This document shows positions 46,852 through 56,073 of a stretch of 64,000 bases of DNA, one piece after another. A program made the position numbers and the translations under genes. The DNA comes from a virus. The stretch's first letter is position 1. Each line of letters starts with the position of its first letter. Location: positions 96,001 to 160,000 of IMG/VR virus record IMGVR_UViG_3300031420_000003; one strand, written 5' to 3'. The notes under the pieces are model-generated. The model was given only the letters and a program-made list of their open reading frames with translations. It was not told where the DNA came from and made no database searches.

Positions 46852-47805
46852 CTACAACAGCCCCAGTATCTGTTTGGTGCGCTTCGCAGCAGCAACCTTG
46901 GTTACGTGTGGTACAGGCTTCTCAACTTCATCGCGTGTGATACCGTAAACGGACATCACCGGCTTGAACTTCAAGACGTTTGCAAAGAGATGACGAGACT
47001 CTGCGTTCTCCGCCAGCACTGTTGCGTACACCTTATCCGCCATACCCGATGCGTGTTCCAATACCGCCGCCGCCAGTTTACGACCGTGACGTTTACCGCG
47101 CAGGTCACGACGCACGCCAAGACCCCCAACCGCAATGTAACCCGGTTCGAGTTTGTGACAGTAAGCAAAGCCGATGATTTTATTCTTCAGCTCAGGCTCG
47201 CGCAGCACAAACACTTCGTAATGGTAATCACCCGTACGGTTTAGCACTTCATCCATGCCGTGGGGAATCATCTGCGAGAGACGACGCCCTAACACATCGG
47301 CGTTGATTTCATCAAGGGTGCACGCCCAGATGAGTTCGTGCAAATCCTTGACGTCTTCTTCGCTGAGCTTATAGAACGCATCGCCTGAGACGCTGTGGAT
47401 GTTTTGCGAGACCGGGAAGTCACGGTAAGGGGTAACATTGCCGACCCACATCTCTTCAACCAGCTTGAACTCGTAACCCTTAACGATTTCACCTACTGCT
47501 TCTGTCGGGGCCACAATACGCAGCACGTCAAAGCCGGTGTAGTCGAGTAGCGCTAACCAGAACGGACGGTTAATGCTGTTCGGTACGAGGTCTTCGAAAT
47601 AGCTGCACAAAAGCGAGGTCGAGCCATCGGTGTAGCTACACACCGCGTACGCCTGAGGGATACCCCCGGCGGTGACCAACGCGTAGACCCGTTGGCTTTC
47701 ATCTTTAATAAGCGCTTTAAGGCGCGTCCACAATTTGGGGTTATCAGCAAGATGTGCAAACTCTTGGGTCTTTAGCACACCAACTGACAGTCTGATAATG
47801 GGCAT
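46852..47805 (-). CDS. GNAT acetyltransferase (two-domain)
   Basis: Start MPIIRL after AGGAG; LGVRRDLRGKRHGRKL (motif A) and VLAENAESRHLF (motif B). Confidence 0.75.
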   Translation of the reverse strand: MPIIRLSVGVLKTQEFAHLADNPKLWTRLKALIKDESQRVYALVTAGGIPQAYAVCSYTDGSTSLLCSYFEDLVPNSINRPFWLALLDYTGFDVLRIVAPTEAVGEIVKGYEFKLVEEMWVGNVTPYRDFPVSQNIHSVSGDAFYKLSEEDVKDLHELIWACTLDEINADVLGRRLSQMIPHGMDEVLNRTGDYHYEVFVLREPELKNKIIGFAYCHKLEPGYIAVGGLGVRRDLRGKRHGRKLAAAVLEHASGMADKVYATVLAENAESRHLFANVLKFKPVMSVYGITRDEVEKPVPHVTKVAAAKRTKQILGLL

Positions 47806-47872
47806 GAAATACTCCTGAGTCGTGAATTGTCGTGATACATACATTCGGGAGCTAGTGTAAAAATAAAAGAAA

Positions 47873-47894
47873 AAGACCACCCGAAGGTGGCCTT
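47873..47894 (-). terminator. Rho-independent terminator
   Basis: Minus strand AAGGCCACC-TTCG-GGTGGTCTT then T tract. Confidence 0.8.
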
Positions 47895-47899
47895 GATAC

Positions 47900-48646
47900 T
47901 CATTTACCGTGCTGCACCTTTTCTTTTAAGAACGCCTCGACATACGGCACGTTACGCTCTTCTGCAAGAAAGGCTTTAAGCGTTGGCCATTTACCGTGCT
48001 CGTAATAGCGCGTCAGGGTGAGTTGCACACCATCTTCTGGAGCGTGTCTGAAGGGCAGCAAATCGAACCGAGCTTCATGGGTAATCGTCGGGGCAGCGTT
48101 AATCGTTTCAAGCTTCCCCCTGCCCGGTACTTTAAACATCATCTTGCGGTTCACACGAACATCCCCCTCAGGGAAGACATGACGTACATGTCCCTGCCAG
48201 TAGTTCTGCCCCACTGGGAAGGTAGACAAGTAAGCTGCCGGGGTCTGTGCTTGCGCAGCACGACGCAGACAACATAACCCATGGAGTACCCGGTCAAGAC
48301 GCTTCAATGTTTCTTCGTCACAGCCAACGATTGCACGGTAAATGTCAAGATCCGTTGAGCAGTGGCGCAGGAAATACTCATTCGTTTCCATTGCCATGGT
48401 GAAGCCGAAACTCGCGGGGGTAAACCCACGAACGGTGTGGTCGATATTCGCCCCGCTCGTAGCCTTCTTGAGGATGATCCCCGTATGTGTATCGTAGATA
48501 AACACACGCGTCACCACCTTCTTCTCCACTGGACGCATCGCCACTGCAGCGAACGTGGTATTCGGTGCCCGCAGGGTTATCACCTTCACGAAGTAAGGAT
48601 TTTCCAGCAGGTCTTTGATATTACCGCCCGTAACGACATCATTCAT
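47900..48646 (-). CDS. Hypothetical protein (paralog group with 48732 and 49435)
   Basis: Start MNDVVT after GAGG; C-terminal WPTLKAFL..VEAFL. Confidence 0.6.
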   Translation of the reverse strand: MNDVVTGGNIKDLLENPYFVKVITLRAPNTTFAAVAMRPVEKKVVTRVFIYDTHTGIILKKATSGANIDHTVRGFTPASFGFTMAMETNEYFLRHCSTDLDIYRAIVGCDEETLKRLDRVLHGLCCLRRAAQAQTPAAYLSTFPVGQNYWQGHVRHVFPEGDVRVNRKMMFKVPGRGKLETINAAPTITHEARFDLLPFRHAPEDGVQLTLTRYYEHGKWPTLKAFLAEERNVPYVEAFLKEKVQHGK

Positions 48647-48705
48647 TTTTACATCCTCAGATAAAAGAGTCGCGCTTTGCCCGGCACGCATCGGGTTAAA
48701 TAAAA

Positions 48706-48727
48706 CAGGCCACCCGAAGGCGGCCTG
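48706..48727 (-). terminator. Rho-independent terminator
   Basis: Minus strand CAGGCCGCC-TTCG-GGTGGCCTG-TTTTATTT. Confidence 0.85.
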
Positions 48728-48731
48728 CGAC

Positions 48732-49403
48732 TTACAGCTTGTAGAACGAGGCGAGAATTGCCGTGATGTCCTCTTTAGAGAGGAACTCACTGGCCTTCGA
48801 CCAGCTTACGCCAGTCGTCTTATTCTCTAACGTCAACACGTCCCCATCGTCACGGGTGAACTCGTAGACCACGCGGGTCGTGTCGAGCGCCGGTGAGTAG
48901 ACAACCTTACGCGAGAAGTTAATGGCTGTGCCTTTAACATCCCCACGCAATACGCCGACCCACTGTGGCACTGCCCACACTTCGCGGGTGTCCTTACCGG
49001 TGATGGATTGGGCACCCGATTCGACATAGGCGCGAGACAACCCGTAGAACAGCGGCGAGGCCGCAATCATCTTCTGGCTGTCCCGTGCTTTGAATGCTTC
49101 TAAGGCCGCGGGCTTATTAGCCAGCACCTTAAAGAAGTACATCCCGCGTTCGTCGCGAATGATTTGGCGAAAGGGCAACAACGTTACTTTGTCCCGAATG
49201 TTCTTCACGCGGTTGAAGACACGACTCACTGCACCGTCCGCAGACGCCACAATAAAGTGAATGTTGTCAACCGTGTCGCTGAGCAAGTGAAGCCTCTGAC
49301 CGGCCATGAAAATCTCCGGGAGTTCAGGGTGCTGCACAATACGCGACATCTTCATGAGATCATCAATCGCCATACCTTTCTTGACTAAACTAAGTGTTGC
49401 CAT
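48732..49403 (-). CDS. Hypothetical protein
   Basis: GGAG RBS. Confidence 0.6.
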   Translation of the reverse strand: MATLSLVKKGMAIDDLMKMSRIVQHPELPEIFMAGQRLHLLSDTVDNIHFIVASADGAVSRVFNRVKNIRDKVTLLPFRQIIRDERGMYFFKVLANKPAALEAFKARDSQKMIAASPLFYGLSRAYVESGAQSITGKDTREVWAVPQWVGVLRGDVKGTAINFSRKVVYSPALDTTRVVYEFTRDDGDVLTLENKTTGVSWSKASEFLSKEDITAILASFYKL

Positions 49404-49434
49404 GTTCGTTCTCCATACAGGGTTAGGTCACGCT

Positions 49435-50178
49435 TTAACCGGCGCGCATCGGCTTTTGAACCAAGAGTTCAACCAGTGGTTCAATCTGCGGGTCTTTCAT
49501 TAACGCATCTACTGTCGGCCATTCTGCAACCGGGTAGGTCAGTGCGAAACTCAGGTACTGAAGCTTACCGTTGTCCTGCACGCCTATGGCATGTTTACCA
49601 ATCCGGATTTCGGCTAACGCACTCGTTGCAAATCCACGGGTGTCACTGACCCACTGCAGCGTACGGCTCACTAAGAGCTTGCGCACACTGTGGTTATAAC
49701 GATGGGTTGCACTCCACATGAACTTGGTTGGCCAACCGTCTTTACTTTCCATGTCTTCTACCGCAATATTCGTAAAGCAACCACGCTTCAGGAACTTGTT
49801 GAATTCCAACAAGTACCCCAGTTCGGGTAAGTCCCGTTCCAGCGAATCGAGGTCACGATCGTTTGCCAGTACCATCAAGGCCGGCTTACGAGCGATACGC
49901 GTAAAGAAGAAACGAGAAAGTGCTTGGCGGAACCCCTTCCACTTCGCCATTGGGGTCAATGGGTCGTTGGTAGGTCCATCCATCTTAAACGGGGTCTGAA
50001 GTGCAGTCACCTCATCCGTTACCAGATTAATTATCGCGGTACGAATTGTGCGAACAGACCGGTTGGTGGCACGCTCACGGTAGAAGACCAGACGACGCTT
50101 GTGGTCGGTGGAAATCATTGTGGACATGATATCAACGGTTTGCTGCATTTCTTCGTAGGTTGCAAATAATTTAGCCAT
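49435..50178 (-). CDS. Hypothetical protein
   Basis: 247-aa ORF; C-terminal WPTVDALM..LVELL. Confidence 0.6.
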   Translation of the reverse strand: MAKLFATYEEMQQTVDIMSTMISTDHKRRLVFYRERATNRSVRTIRTAIINLVTDEVTALQTPFKMDGPTNDPLTPMAKWKGFRQALSRFFFTRIARKPALMVLANDRDLDSLERDLPELGYLLEFNKFLKRGCFTNIAVEDMESKDGWPTKFMWSATHRYNHSVRKLLVSRTLQWVSDTRGFATSALAEIRIGKHAIGVQDNGKLQYLSFALTYPVAEWPTVDALMKDPQIEPLVELLVQKPMRAG

Positions 50179-50255
50179 TTCTATTTTCTCTCAATTAAGG
50201 TTTGGCTGTCTTTGACCGGACAGCGGCGGCTATAACATCGGCACGTACTGTAATT

Positions 50256-50903
50256 TTAGAGGTGGGCGAAGTCCGCTTTCAGAATCCAGCGGTTCGCAGA
50301 AAAGCCCATGTCGAACATCGGCTTTATCCATGAGTTGTCCAATGCCTGAACCAGCAGGCGACAGCCTTGTCCGTTAGCGAAGGCTTGCACCAGTTTGATA
50401 TCTTCAACCATCTTCGGTTCGTAGTCACCCATGACCAGTACCGAGTAGGAGTTAAGGTCTTCGAGGTACGTGCCCATTATCTTCTTCTCACCGCAGACAA
50501 TGGACACATAGACATCATCACGCTCCACTTCGAACGGTGGCAGTGATTCATCAAACGGTGGGTTGTCCATCAGGAACGTCAGGCCTTCTACAGACCAGTC
50601 ATCCCCTTTTGGAAAGTCATCGAAGTCGCTGTAGTAAACGCGCACGGATTTGGCTTGGGTATAGTGGAGGGCGAGTGATTTGATAGACGCTTTATTTAAG
50701 CCGCCTTGAATCACCACACTGACTACATCGTCGTCGACGTAGCAGATGGCAAGCTTCTCGACTTCCATGTGGGCGTTCAGGTAAGCGAACTGGTCAAAGG
50801 TCACTGACTCAATCGAGGTTAAGAAGAGCTCCACGCTTTCACGCAACGCTTGAACGGATGGGGCGAATTGAACATCCAACAGAGACTGGACTGGTGTTAA
50901 CAT
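50256..50903 (-). CDS. Hypothetical protein, possible degenerate GNAT fold
   Basis: AFANGQGCRLLVQALDNSWIKPMFDMGF parallels 39922..40689. Confidence 0.55.
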   Translation of the reverse strand: MLTPVQSLLDVQFAPSVQALRESVELFLTSIESVTFDQFAYLNAHMEVEKLAICYVDDDVVSVVIQGGLNKASIKSLALHYTQAKSVRVYYSDFDDFPKGDDWSVEGLTFLMDNPPFDESLPPFEVERDDVYVSIVCGEKKIMGTYLEDLNSYSVLVMGDYEPKMVEDIKLVQAFANGQGCRLLVQALDNSWIKPMFDMGFSANRWILKADFAHL

Positions 50904-50939
50904 AATGGATTACTCCTTTCAATTTAAATAAAAAATAAG

Positions 50940-50955
50940 GGCACCCGAAGGTGCC
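50940..50955 (-). terminator. Rho-independent terminator
   Basis: GGCACC-CGAA-GGTGCC with tracts. Confidence 0.8.
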
Positions 50956-50959
50956 TCTT

Positions 50960-51169
50960 TTATTTGCCGAGAAGGACATCAATCTGCTTGCGCAGAGTTT
51001 CGACATCCTTCCAGCGATTTTCGACCATTGCTTGATGCAGGTCTGTGCACAATACAGCCAGACGCACGCCATAGTTCTCAGGCTTGCGGCGCTCCACGAC
51101 GGGAGCAGCGACTGGTGCTACTTCTTTGGTGGTGAAACGGCTGACGATGGACAGAACTGCATTAAACAT
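50960..51169 (-). CDS. Small hypothetical protein
   Basis: AAGGAG RBS. Confidence 0.6.
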   Translation of the reverse strand: MFNAVLSIVSRFTTKEVAPVAAPVVERRKPENYGVRLAVLCTDLHQAMVENRWKDVETLRKQIDVLLGK

Positions 51170-51204
51170 GGTGTACTCCTTGTTTGAGGGGGAGGGTGTT
51201 TATA

Positions 51205-51510
51205 TTAGACATCTAAGAACGGGAACTCACCGCGTGCTTTACGGGCACGGTAGGTGCTCAGGTTTTTAGGCATTGCTAACTGGAAGCCAGTGTCTTCGTT
51301 CATTTCACGCAGCAGACGCAGAGCGGCTAAGCAACGTGCCATTTTACGGCTGTCGTTACGAGAGTGTGCATGAGACAGTGCAACACCAACGCGTGCAACT
51401 TCTTCGCCAAAGAAGCCCAGTTCTTTATCAGCAACGATAGTATTGTCCAGTGGATTCTTAACAGTAGTTGCAGTAGTGTCTTCGCCGAACAGTTTAGATA
51501 ATAAGCCCAT
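51205..51510 (-). CDS. Small hypothetical protein
   Basis: AAGGA RBS; first gene after promoter motif copy 2. Confidence 0.6.
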   Translation of the reverse strand: MGLLSKLFGEDTTATTVKNPLDNTIVADKELGFFGEEVARVGVALSHAHSRNDSRKMARCLAALRLLREMNEDTGFQLAMPKNLSTYRARKARGEFPFLDV

Positions 51511-51568
51511 GATAAATTTCCTTTTGTTTAAGTGGATTAGAAGAGAGTATTAATATTCTCTCACCTTA

Positions 51569-51586
51569 ATTATATCTATCTGAAAT
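51569..51586 (-). promoter_or_regulatory. Putative phage promoter motif, copy 2
   Basis: Minus strand ATTTCAGATAGATATAAT. Confidence 0.6.
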
Positions 51587-51619
51587 AAAATCCAATCGCA
51601 CTTAGACAAAAAAAGAAGC

Positions 51620-51638
51620 GGGGGCAATTTAAGCCCCC
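51620..51638 (-). terminator. Rho-independent terminator
   Basis: GGGGGC-AATTTAA-GCCCCC with T tract on minus strand. Confidence 0.7.
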
Positions 51639-51646
51639 ATTTTCTA

Positions 51647-51937
51647 CTACTTGTACAACACTGATTTCACTATCTGCGAGATACGCGGTTCAGTGACCTG
51701 ATACATCACGGCCTGCGTCTTGTTGGTAATCCCGGCCAGATACGCGAGGGTGATGTTGAGGTTACGCATTCGGGTCATCAGTCGTGCCACTTCATTGAAA
51801 TGACAGATGTACGTAAAAGGTATCACGCCCTCTTCGGGAAGTAACGCCACCGTCTCATCCAACTTCTTTCGAGTACGCGCCAAGGCACGGCGAATACCTG
51901 CTCGCTTTAATGCCTTTGTTTCAACTGACATTCCCAT
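51647..51937 (-). CDS. Small protein with C-terminal HTH-like motif
   Basis: GITNKTQAVMYQVTEPRISQIVK. Confidence 0.55.
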   Translation of the reverse strand: MGMSVETKALKRAGIRRALARTRKKLDETVALLPEEGVIPFTYICHFNEVARLMTRMRNLNITLAYLAGITNKTQAVMYQVTEPRISQIVKSVLYK

Positions 51938-51946
51938 GACAATTCC

Positions 51947-52297
51947 TTAGTGCAAACGCAATTCGTGGTGGACTTTGAATCCTGCCCCTTTGATACGGGT
52001 CTGGTATTCTAAGGCCGACTCCACATGCACACGCACTTGGGTTTGGTTGTCTTTGTTACGCAGGGCAACTTCGAAGTCTAACCCGAGTTTCTTCGCCACC
52101 GTCATTAATGCATCCAGCGACACCATGTCTTTCTTGTCGTTCTTGATGTTGCTGATGATAGATGAAGATACGCCACACACCGCTGCGATTTCACGCTGAG
52201 TGTGTTTGTAGTTCAGGCGAGCGATAACCAGAGAAAGCTGGTTTAAGAATTGATTCTTGGCACGATTAAGATCGACACACTTGGTACGTTTAGCCAT
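51947..52297 (-). CDS. XRE-family HTH DNA-binding protein
   Basis: TQREIAAVCGVSSSIISNIKN..VSLDALMTVAKKLGL. Confidence 0.8.
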   Translation of the reverse strand: MAKRTKCVDLNRAKNQFLNQLSLVIARLNYKHTQREIAAVCGVSSSIISNIKNDKKDMVSLDALMTVAKKLGLDFEVALRNKDNQTQVRVHVESALEYQTRIKGAGFKVHHELRLH

Positions 52298-52317
52298 GAT
52301 ATTACTCCTTACAGGTT

Positions 52318-52737
52318 TCAGTTCGGACGACGATAGAAAGGGATATAAATAGCGGTGCCACAGACACGGCCTAAGCGACGGGTGGATTCAGTCAGACGTC
52401 CTGCATCAATGACGATACACGGGGTGACTTGGCCACACGGCTCTTCTAATGGACTGTAGTCTTGGGGCTTCAGCTCCCATGTGGTGATGATAATCTTCTC
52501 GTCGAGAAGCTTCTGGAGTTTGTACACGGTATCCATATCCATGCGGGCATGGAAAGCCCCGCCACGGTGGGTCAGGCTTGGCCTCTGATCGTGTGGGAGG
52601 TTTGACCACATGCCTTGTGAACAATCGTTGCGAAACGGTTGGGCGTGTTTCACGATAAGGCGGTTAATCGCATAGCTTCTTAATGCATCGCTAAGTCCAT
52701 CAGCGAAGACTTCTTTTACAAATTCAGTTCCAGTCAT
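52318..52737 (-). CDS. Hypothetical protein (paralog of 52797..53183)
   Basis: Shared KL.K.L..K....TWE..TPC..I.A..GR...IYIP.Y. Confidence 0.6.
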   Translation of the reverse strand: MTGTEFVKEVFADGLSDALRSYAINRLIVKHAQPFRNDCSQGMWSNLPHDQRPSLTHRGGAFHARMDMDTVYKLQKLLDEKIIITTWELKPQDYSPLEEPCGQVTPCIVIDAGRLTESTRRLGRVCGTAIYIPFYRRPN

Positions 52738-52766
52738 TTATTACTCCTTACAATTAATGAGAAAAA

Positions 52767-52790
52767 GGGAACACCCTTTCGGATGTTCCC
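52767..52790 (-). terminator. Rho-independent terminator
   Basis: Minus strand GGGAACATCC-GAAA-GGGTGTTCCC-TTTTT. Confidence 0.8.
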
Positions 52791-52796
52791 CACAGC

Positions 52797-53183
52797 TTAG
52801 ATAACGTCGATGTAGATTGGAATGTAAATCTGGCCGTGATGTTTGCGACCGAAGTCACGCACTTCACCAGTGACCAGCCATGCGGGTATGGCTACACACG
52901 GGGTTGTGACCGGATGGATTTTGGTTTTAGTTTCACTGTCCGGTATATCAATTTCCCATGTGTCTACAGTAACCTTGCGGTGTAATATCTTACACAGCTT
53001 TTGGTACGCTTCATCATCGAACTTCACACGACCCTGATGGAACTGTGGAATCGTGGGACGCACGTAACCGGGCTTGTGGTAACTCACCACATTGCGGAAA
53101 CTGCATCCGTGTTTTCTTACCCAATGCGCAACGCGCAGTTTAACAAAAAACTCTACTACACTTTCTTTCATTAAATAGAACAT
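52797..53183 (-). CDS. Hypothetical protein (paralog of 52318..52737)
   Basis: GAGGAG RBS; shared motifs with downstream gene. Confidence 0.6.
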   Translation of the reverse strand: MFYLMKESVVEFFVKLRVAHWVRKHGCSFRNVVSYHKPGYVRPTIPQFHQGRVKFDDEAYQKLCKILHRKVTVDTWEIDIPDSETKTKIHPVTTPCVAIPAWLVTGEVRDFGRKHHGQIYIPIYIDVI

Positions 53184-53267
53184 GGTATTTCTCCTCTGTT
53201 ATGTTCCCATCTTTTTTATTTCCTTTTTGGTCGGCATTAATCAAGTGATTGCTTAATACTCACAATG

Positions 53268-53285
53268 ATAATATCTACCTGTAAA
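53268..53285 (-). promoter_or_regulatory. Putative phage promoter motif, copy 3
   Basis: Minus strand TTTACAGGTAGATATTAT. Confidence 0.5.
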
Positions 53286-53306
53286 AATTTAGGATAAAAG
53301 AAAAGA

Positions 53307-53329
53307 CCCCTACTCTTTTGGAGTAGGGG
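53307..53329 (-). terminator. Rho-independent terminator
   Basis: CCCCTACTC-TTTTG-GAGTAGGGG with T tract on minus strand. Confidence 0.75.
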
Positions 53330-53340
53330 GTACTGCTTTT

Positions 53341-53964
53341 TTATCGGGTCAGCTCATGGACTAACTTTGCAATAGCGCTCGGGCCGATTTCTCCAGTGGG
53401 CATCGCGATGTGGTTACACCGGGTACCACCTTCGGTCAGGACGTGCAGTGCGAAACGAAACTTCTCGCGCAGCCCATTCCACGACTCTTCGTTCTGAGTG
53501 TATTTGTAGGTCAGGACATCGTCCTCCCACGGCTTGCCTTCTTGTTCGCGTCTCTGACGAGCGCGTTTCATTGCTGTGTTGTAGTCTACATCTAACGAGA
53601 TGAAGACGTGGGGCGGTGCCATCTGTTCGATAATGCCTGAACGGAAAGCAGCCACCTTACCGGCTTCACCTTGATGGACTGTGGTACTCGCGAGGAAGTG
53701 GTCCATAAACAAGAAGTCCACGTCCTGATTCTCAGGCGCGTTTAGGGTTGCGTGGAAATCAGCAACCATGGCTTCTGCGACGCGTTCACTCGAGGCTGAC
53801 TGGAGCAGGAGACGACGTGCCTCTTGTCCGGTCGGGGAATCAATACGGGGGTTGCCGTAGGACTTAACCGTGTAGCCTAACACCTCTAACATGGCTTGCA
53901 CTTTAGCGCGCAGATAGGTCTTACCGGCGTAGTCAGGGCCGTCCCAAGAAACTATTTTTCTCAC
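53341..53964 (-). CDS. tmk: Thymidylate (dNMP) kinase
   Basis: Likely GTG start VRKIVSWDGPDYAGKT (P-loop); MDHFLASTTVHQG and P..FISLDVD..TAMKR resemble dTMP kinase. Confidence 0.7.
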   Translation of the reverse strand: MRKIVSWDGPDYAGKTYLRAKVQAMLEVLGYTVKSYGNPRIDSPTGQEARRLLLQSASSERVAEAMVADFHATLNAPENQDVDFLFMDHFLASTTVHQGEAGKVAAFRSGIIEQMAPPHVFISLDVDYNTAMKRARQRREQEGKPWEDDVLTYKYTQNEESWNGLREKFRFALHVLTEGGTRCNHIAMPTGEIGPSAIAKLVHELTR

Positions 53965-54076
53965 GTTGTTTATTTCCGTATTCACTGCTGCGGATTGGTC
54001 AAATAATGGGCAGCATCTGTAATTAGTGTTGGGACTAAAGAAAATAACAATTCCACCTCCGAAGAGGTGGAGACTG

Positions 54077-54667
54077 TTACTGATGATCAACGACCGGCTC
54101 TGACCAATCCCCGTCGGTCGCTGGCATATCAAGGCCAACAGCTTGGGCACTGGTGATAACGAGTGGCAGCAGTCCACGCTCGGCAAGGTAGTGTTGCAGA
54201 CGATACGACTGGATATCGCTCTCTACAATCACAAGCTCAGCCGTCTTCATCAGTTCGATGGCGGCGGTGGCTTCTTGCAAACTTGCGGGACTTTTGGTTT
54301 CGTTGATAATCGACGTCAGACGCTGACGGGCTAAGCCTGCAACGTTACACGTCTTCTCACGTAAGTCCACAATACCCTCACGGGTCATGGGAACCTCCTG
54401 TGGGGTGCGCAGCAAACCACGGTACGGTGACTTGTGACGCTTTTGGTGAATCACACAAATCGCTTTGTGCAGAATACCTTTAACACGGTTGAAATCCCGG
54501 GACGACGGAGGACGTTTCATTTTGGCCACTTTACAGGCAATCTCCACCACGGTTGCAATGTGATAGAGTCGCTTGTAACGTCCGCGATGAACGGCAACAG
54601 TCGGAGGGATTTCTTTTTTGGTCGTTACAGATTTATTGGCGATTAAAATAATCGAGTCGAGTATCAT
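54077..54667 (-). CDS. Hypothetical protein
   Basis: GGAGG RBS. Confidence 0.6.
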   Translation of the reverse strand: MILDSIILIANKSVTTKKEIPPTVAVHRGRYKRLYHIATVVEIACKVAKMKRPPSSRDFNRVKGILHKAICVIHQKRHKSPYRGLLRTPQEVPMTREGIVDLREKTCNVAGLARQRLTSIINETKSPASLQEATAAIELMKTAELVIVESDIQSYRLQHYLAERGLLPLVITSAQAVGLDMPATDGDWSEPVVDHQ

Positions 54668-54675
54668 CTTCCCTC

Positions 54676-55053
54676 CTAAAAGCCGTTAACAACAGCACGG
54701 ACGAACTCATATACCGTGCGTTTGTGGGCCTCTAGCGGAAAGCCAAACCCTTGGTAGTCGTCGCACCACCGCACGATAAGGCTATTATCGTGGTCAGGTT
54801 GACGGATGTAAGAACGCAGCACCAACAGATACTCGTGGTCGGCACGGAAGTTCAGGACAATCTCACCGTGGGCAGAACGAACACTCAGGCACACCCGATT
54901 CACGCCTGCCCCAATCGGTTCGCAGGTCACTGCCACACGGGGCGCATCATCGGTGTGCTCAAGGACGTAAACCACATCGTGCAGTTTGCCGTCCTTGTTT
55001 AACTCTTGCCGGTTTAATGCGTCGGCGAAGCGCTCAAGGTCTCGATAGAACAT
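54676..55053 (-). CDS. Hypothetical protein
   Basis: GGAG RBS. Confidence 0.55.
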   Translation of the reverse strand: MFYRDLERFADALNRQELNKDGKLHDVVYVLEHTDDAPRVAVTCEPIGAGVNRVCLSVRSAHGEIVLNFRADHEYLLVLRSYIRQPDHDNSLIVRWCDDYQGFGFPLEAHKRTVYEFVRAVVNGF

Positions 55054-55604
55054 TTCTCCAGCCTCTTGTCACGACAGTACGGCAGTTTGCTAAACATGCA
55101 CCATGGGTCGGTTGTGGTTAAAGAGCGCATTGAAATGTAACGCCAGTAGAACATCAGGTATTTGTAGAACGTGGCCATGGAAACATCCTTATCGGTTGCC
55201 AACAAGTAATCGTACTCGCCGGTGGTGATACGAATGCCGGTAAAGACCACGCCATCAATTGCCTGACTCCAAGGGACCACTTTTACCGGGTCATGTTCCA
55301 TTCCGACTTGGAAGGCTTTCTGACCCGTCCAGTAAATGCCCTGCGTTGTTGCGTTACAGGTTTTGCGAAGTTCTGAAGCGTGGCACACATGCTCAAAGCT
55401 CGCACGTTGCTGGGCATCACAGGTCGTCATTAACCGTTGTACATCTTCATCCGTCAGGTACTGCGAAAGACCGGGTGGTAAACGCCAGAACTGTCCCATC
55501 GCCCGAACGGTACGCCAGCCGGGACGGTGGATAGGAGCAAAGCGTTTAATGCCGAAGGTAAAACGTTGACCGCTGTGATGCGGTACCGTGCGAAAGTGAG
55601 TCAT
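55014..55604 (-). CDS. Hypothetical protein
   Basis: GGAG RBS; operon context. Confidence 0.55.
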   Translation of the reverse strand: MTHFRTVPHHSGQRFTFGIKRFAPIHRPGWRTVRAMGQFWRLPPGLSQYLTDEDVQRLMTTCDAQQRASFEHVCHASELRKTCNATTQGIYWTGQKAFQVGMEHDPVKVVPWSQAIDGVVFTGIRITTGEYDYLLATDKDVSMATFYKYLMFYWRYISMRSLTTTDPWCMFSKLPYCRDKRLEKCSIETLSASPTH

Positions 55605-55605
55605 G

Positions 55606-56073
55606 TTAGAGCTCCAGAGTCATACCCCGGTTCTCGGTTTGAAAGCCCATGGATTCGTACAGGCGTTGTGCAGACGTGTTGTTGTCCAGCACGTAGAGTT
55701 GTGCCCACTGACAGCCTTTACTCCGGCCGTAGTTCTGTGTCCACTCCATTAATGCTTTGCCTGTGCCCCGTCCGCGTTCCGTTTCCGAAACAAAGAAGTT
55801 GTGAATCCAGAGGAACCGATCACCCGAGGTGCTGTATGAGAAATGTAGAAAACCGAGCAACGTATCCGTTGACTCATCAATGGCCAATGCCATGCTTTCA
55901 CCGGGACCCCATTTAGAATCGAGACTCCCGAACTGGCGGTATGCGTGACGCCCGTTGATTTCTTTGACCAACGGTTGCATCGTCGCAAACAGACTCCGAT
56001 ACTGCAGGAGTATCTGGTTGTGAAACTTCTTCCCCAGTGGTGAGGTGGGCGAAAGGGCAACTTTAATAATCAT
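55606..56073 (-). CDS. GNAT family N-acetyltransferase
   Basis: FVSETERGRGTGKALM (motif A); LYVLDNNTSAQRLYESMGF (motif B). Confidence 0.88.
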   Translation of the reverse strand: MIIKVALSPTSPLGKKFHNQILLQYRSLFATMQPLVKEINGRHAYRQFGSLDSKWGPGESMALAIDESTDTLLGFLHFSYSTSGDRFLWIHNFFVSETERGRGTGKALMEWTQNYGRSKGCQWAQLYVLDNNTSAQRLYESMGFQTENRGMTLEL

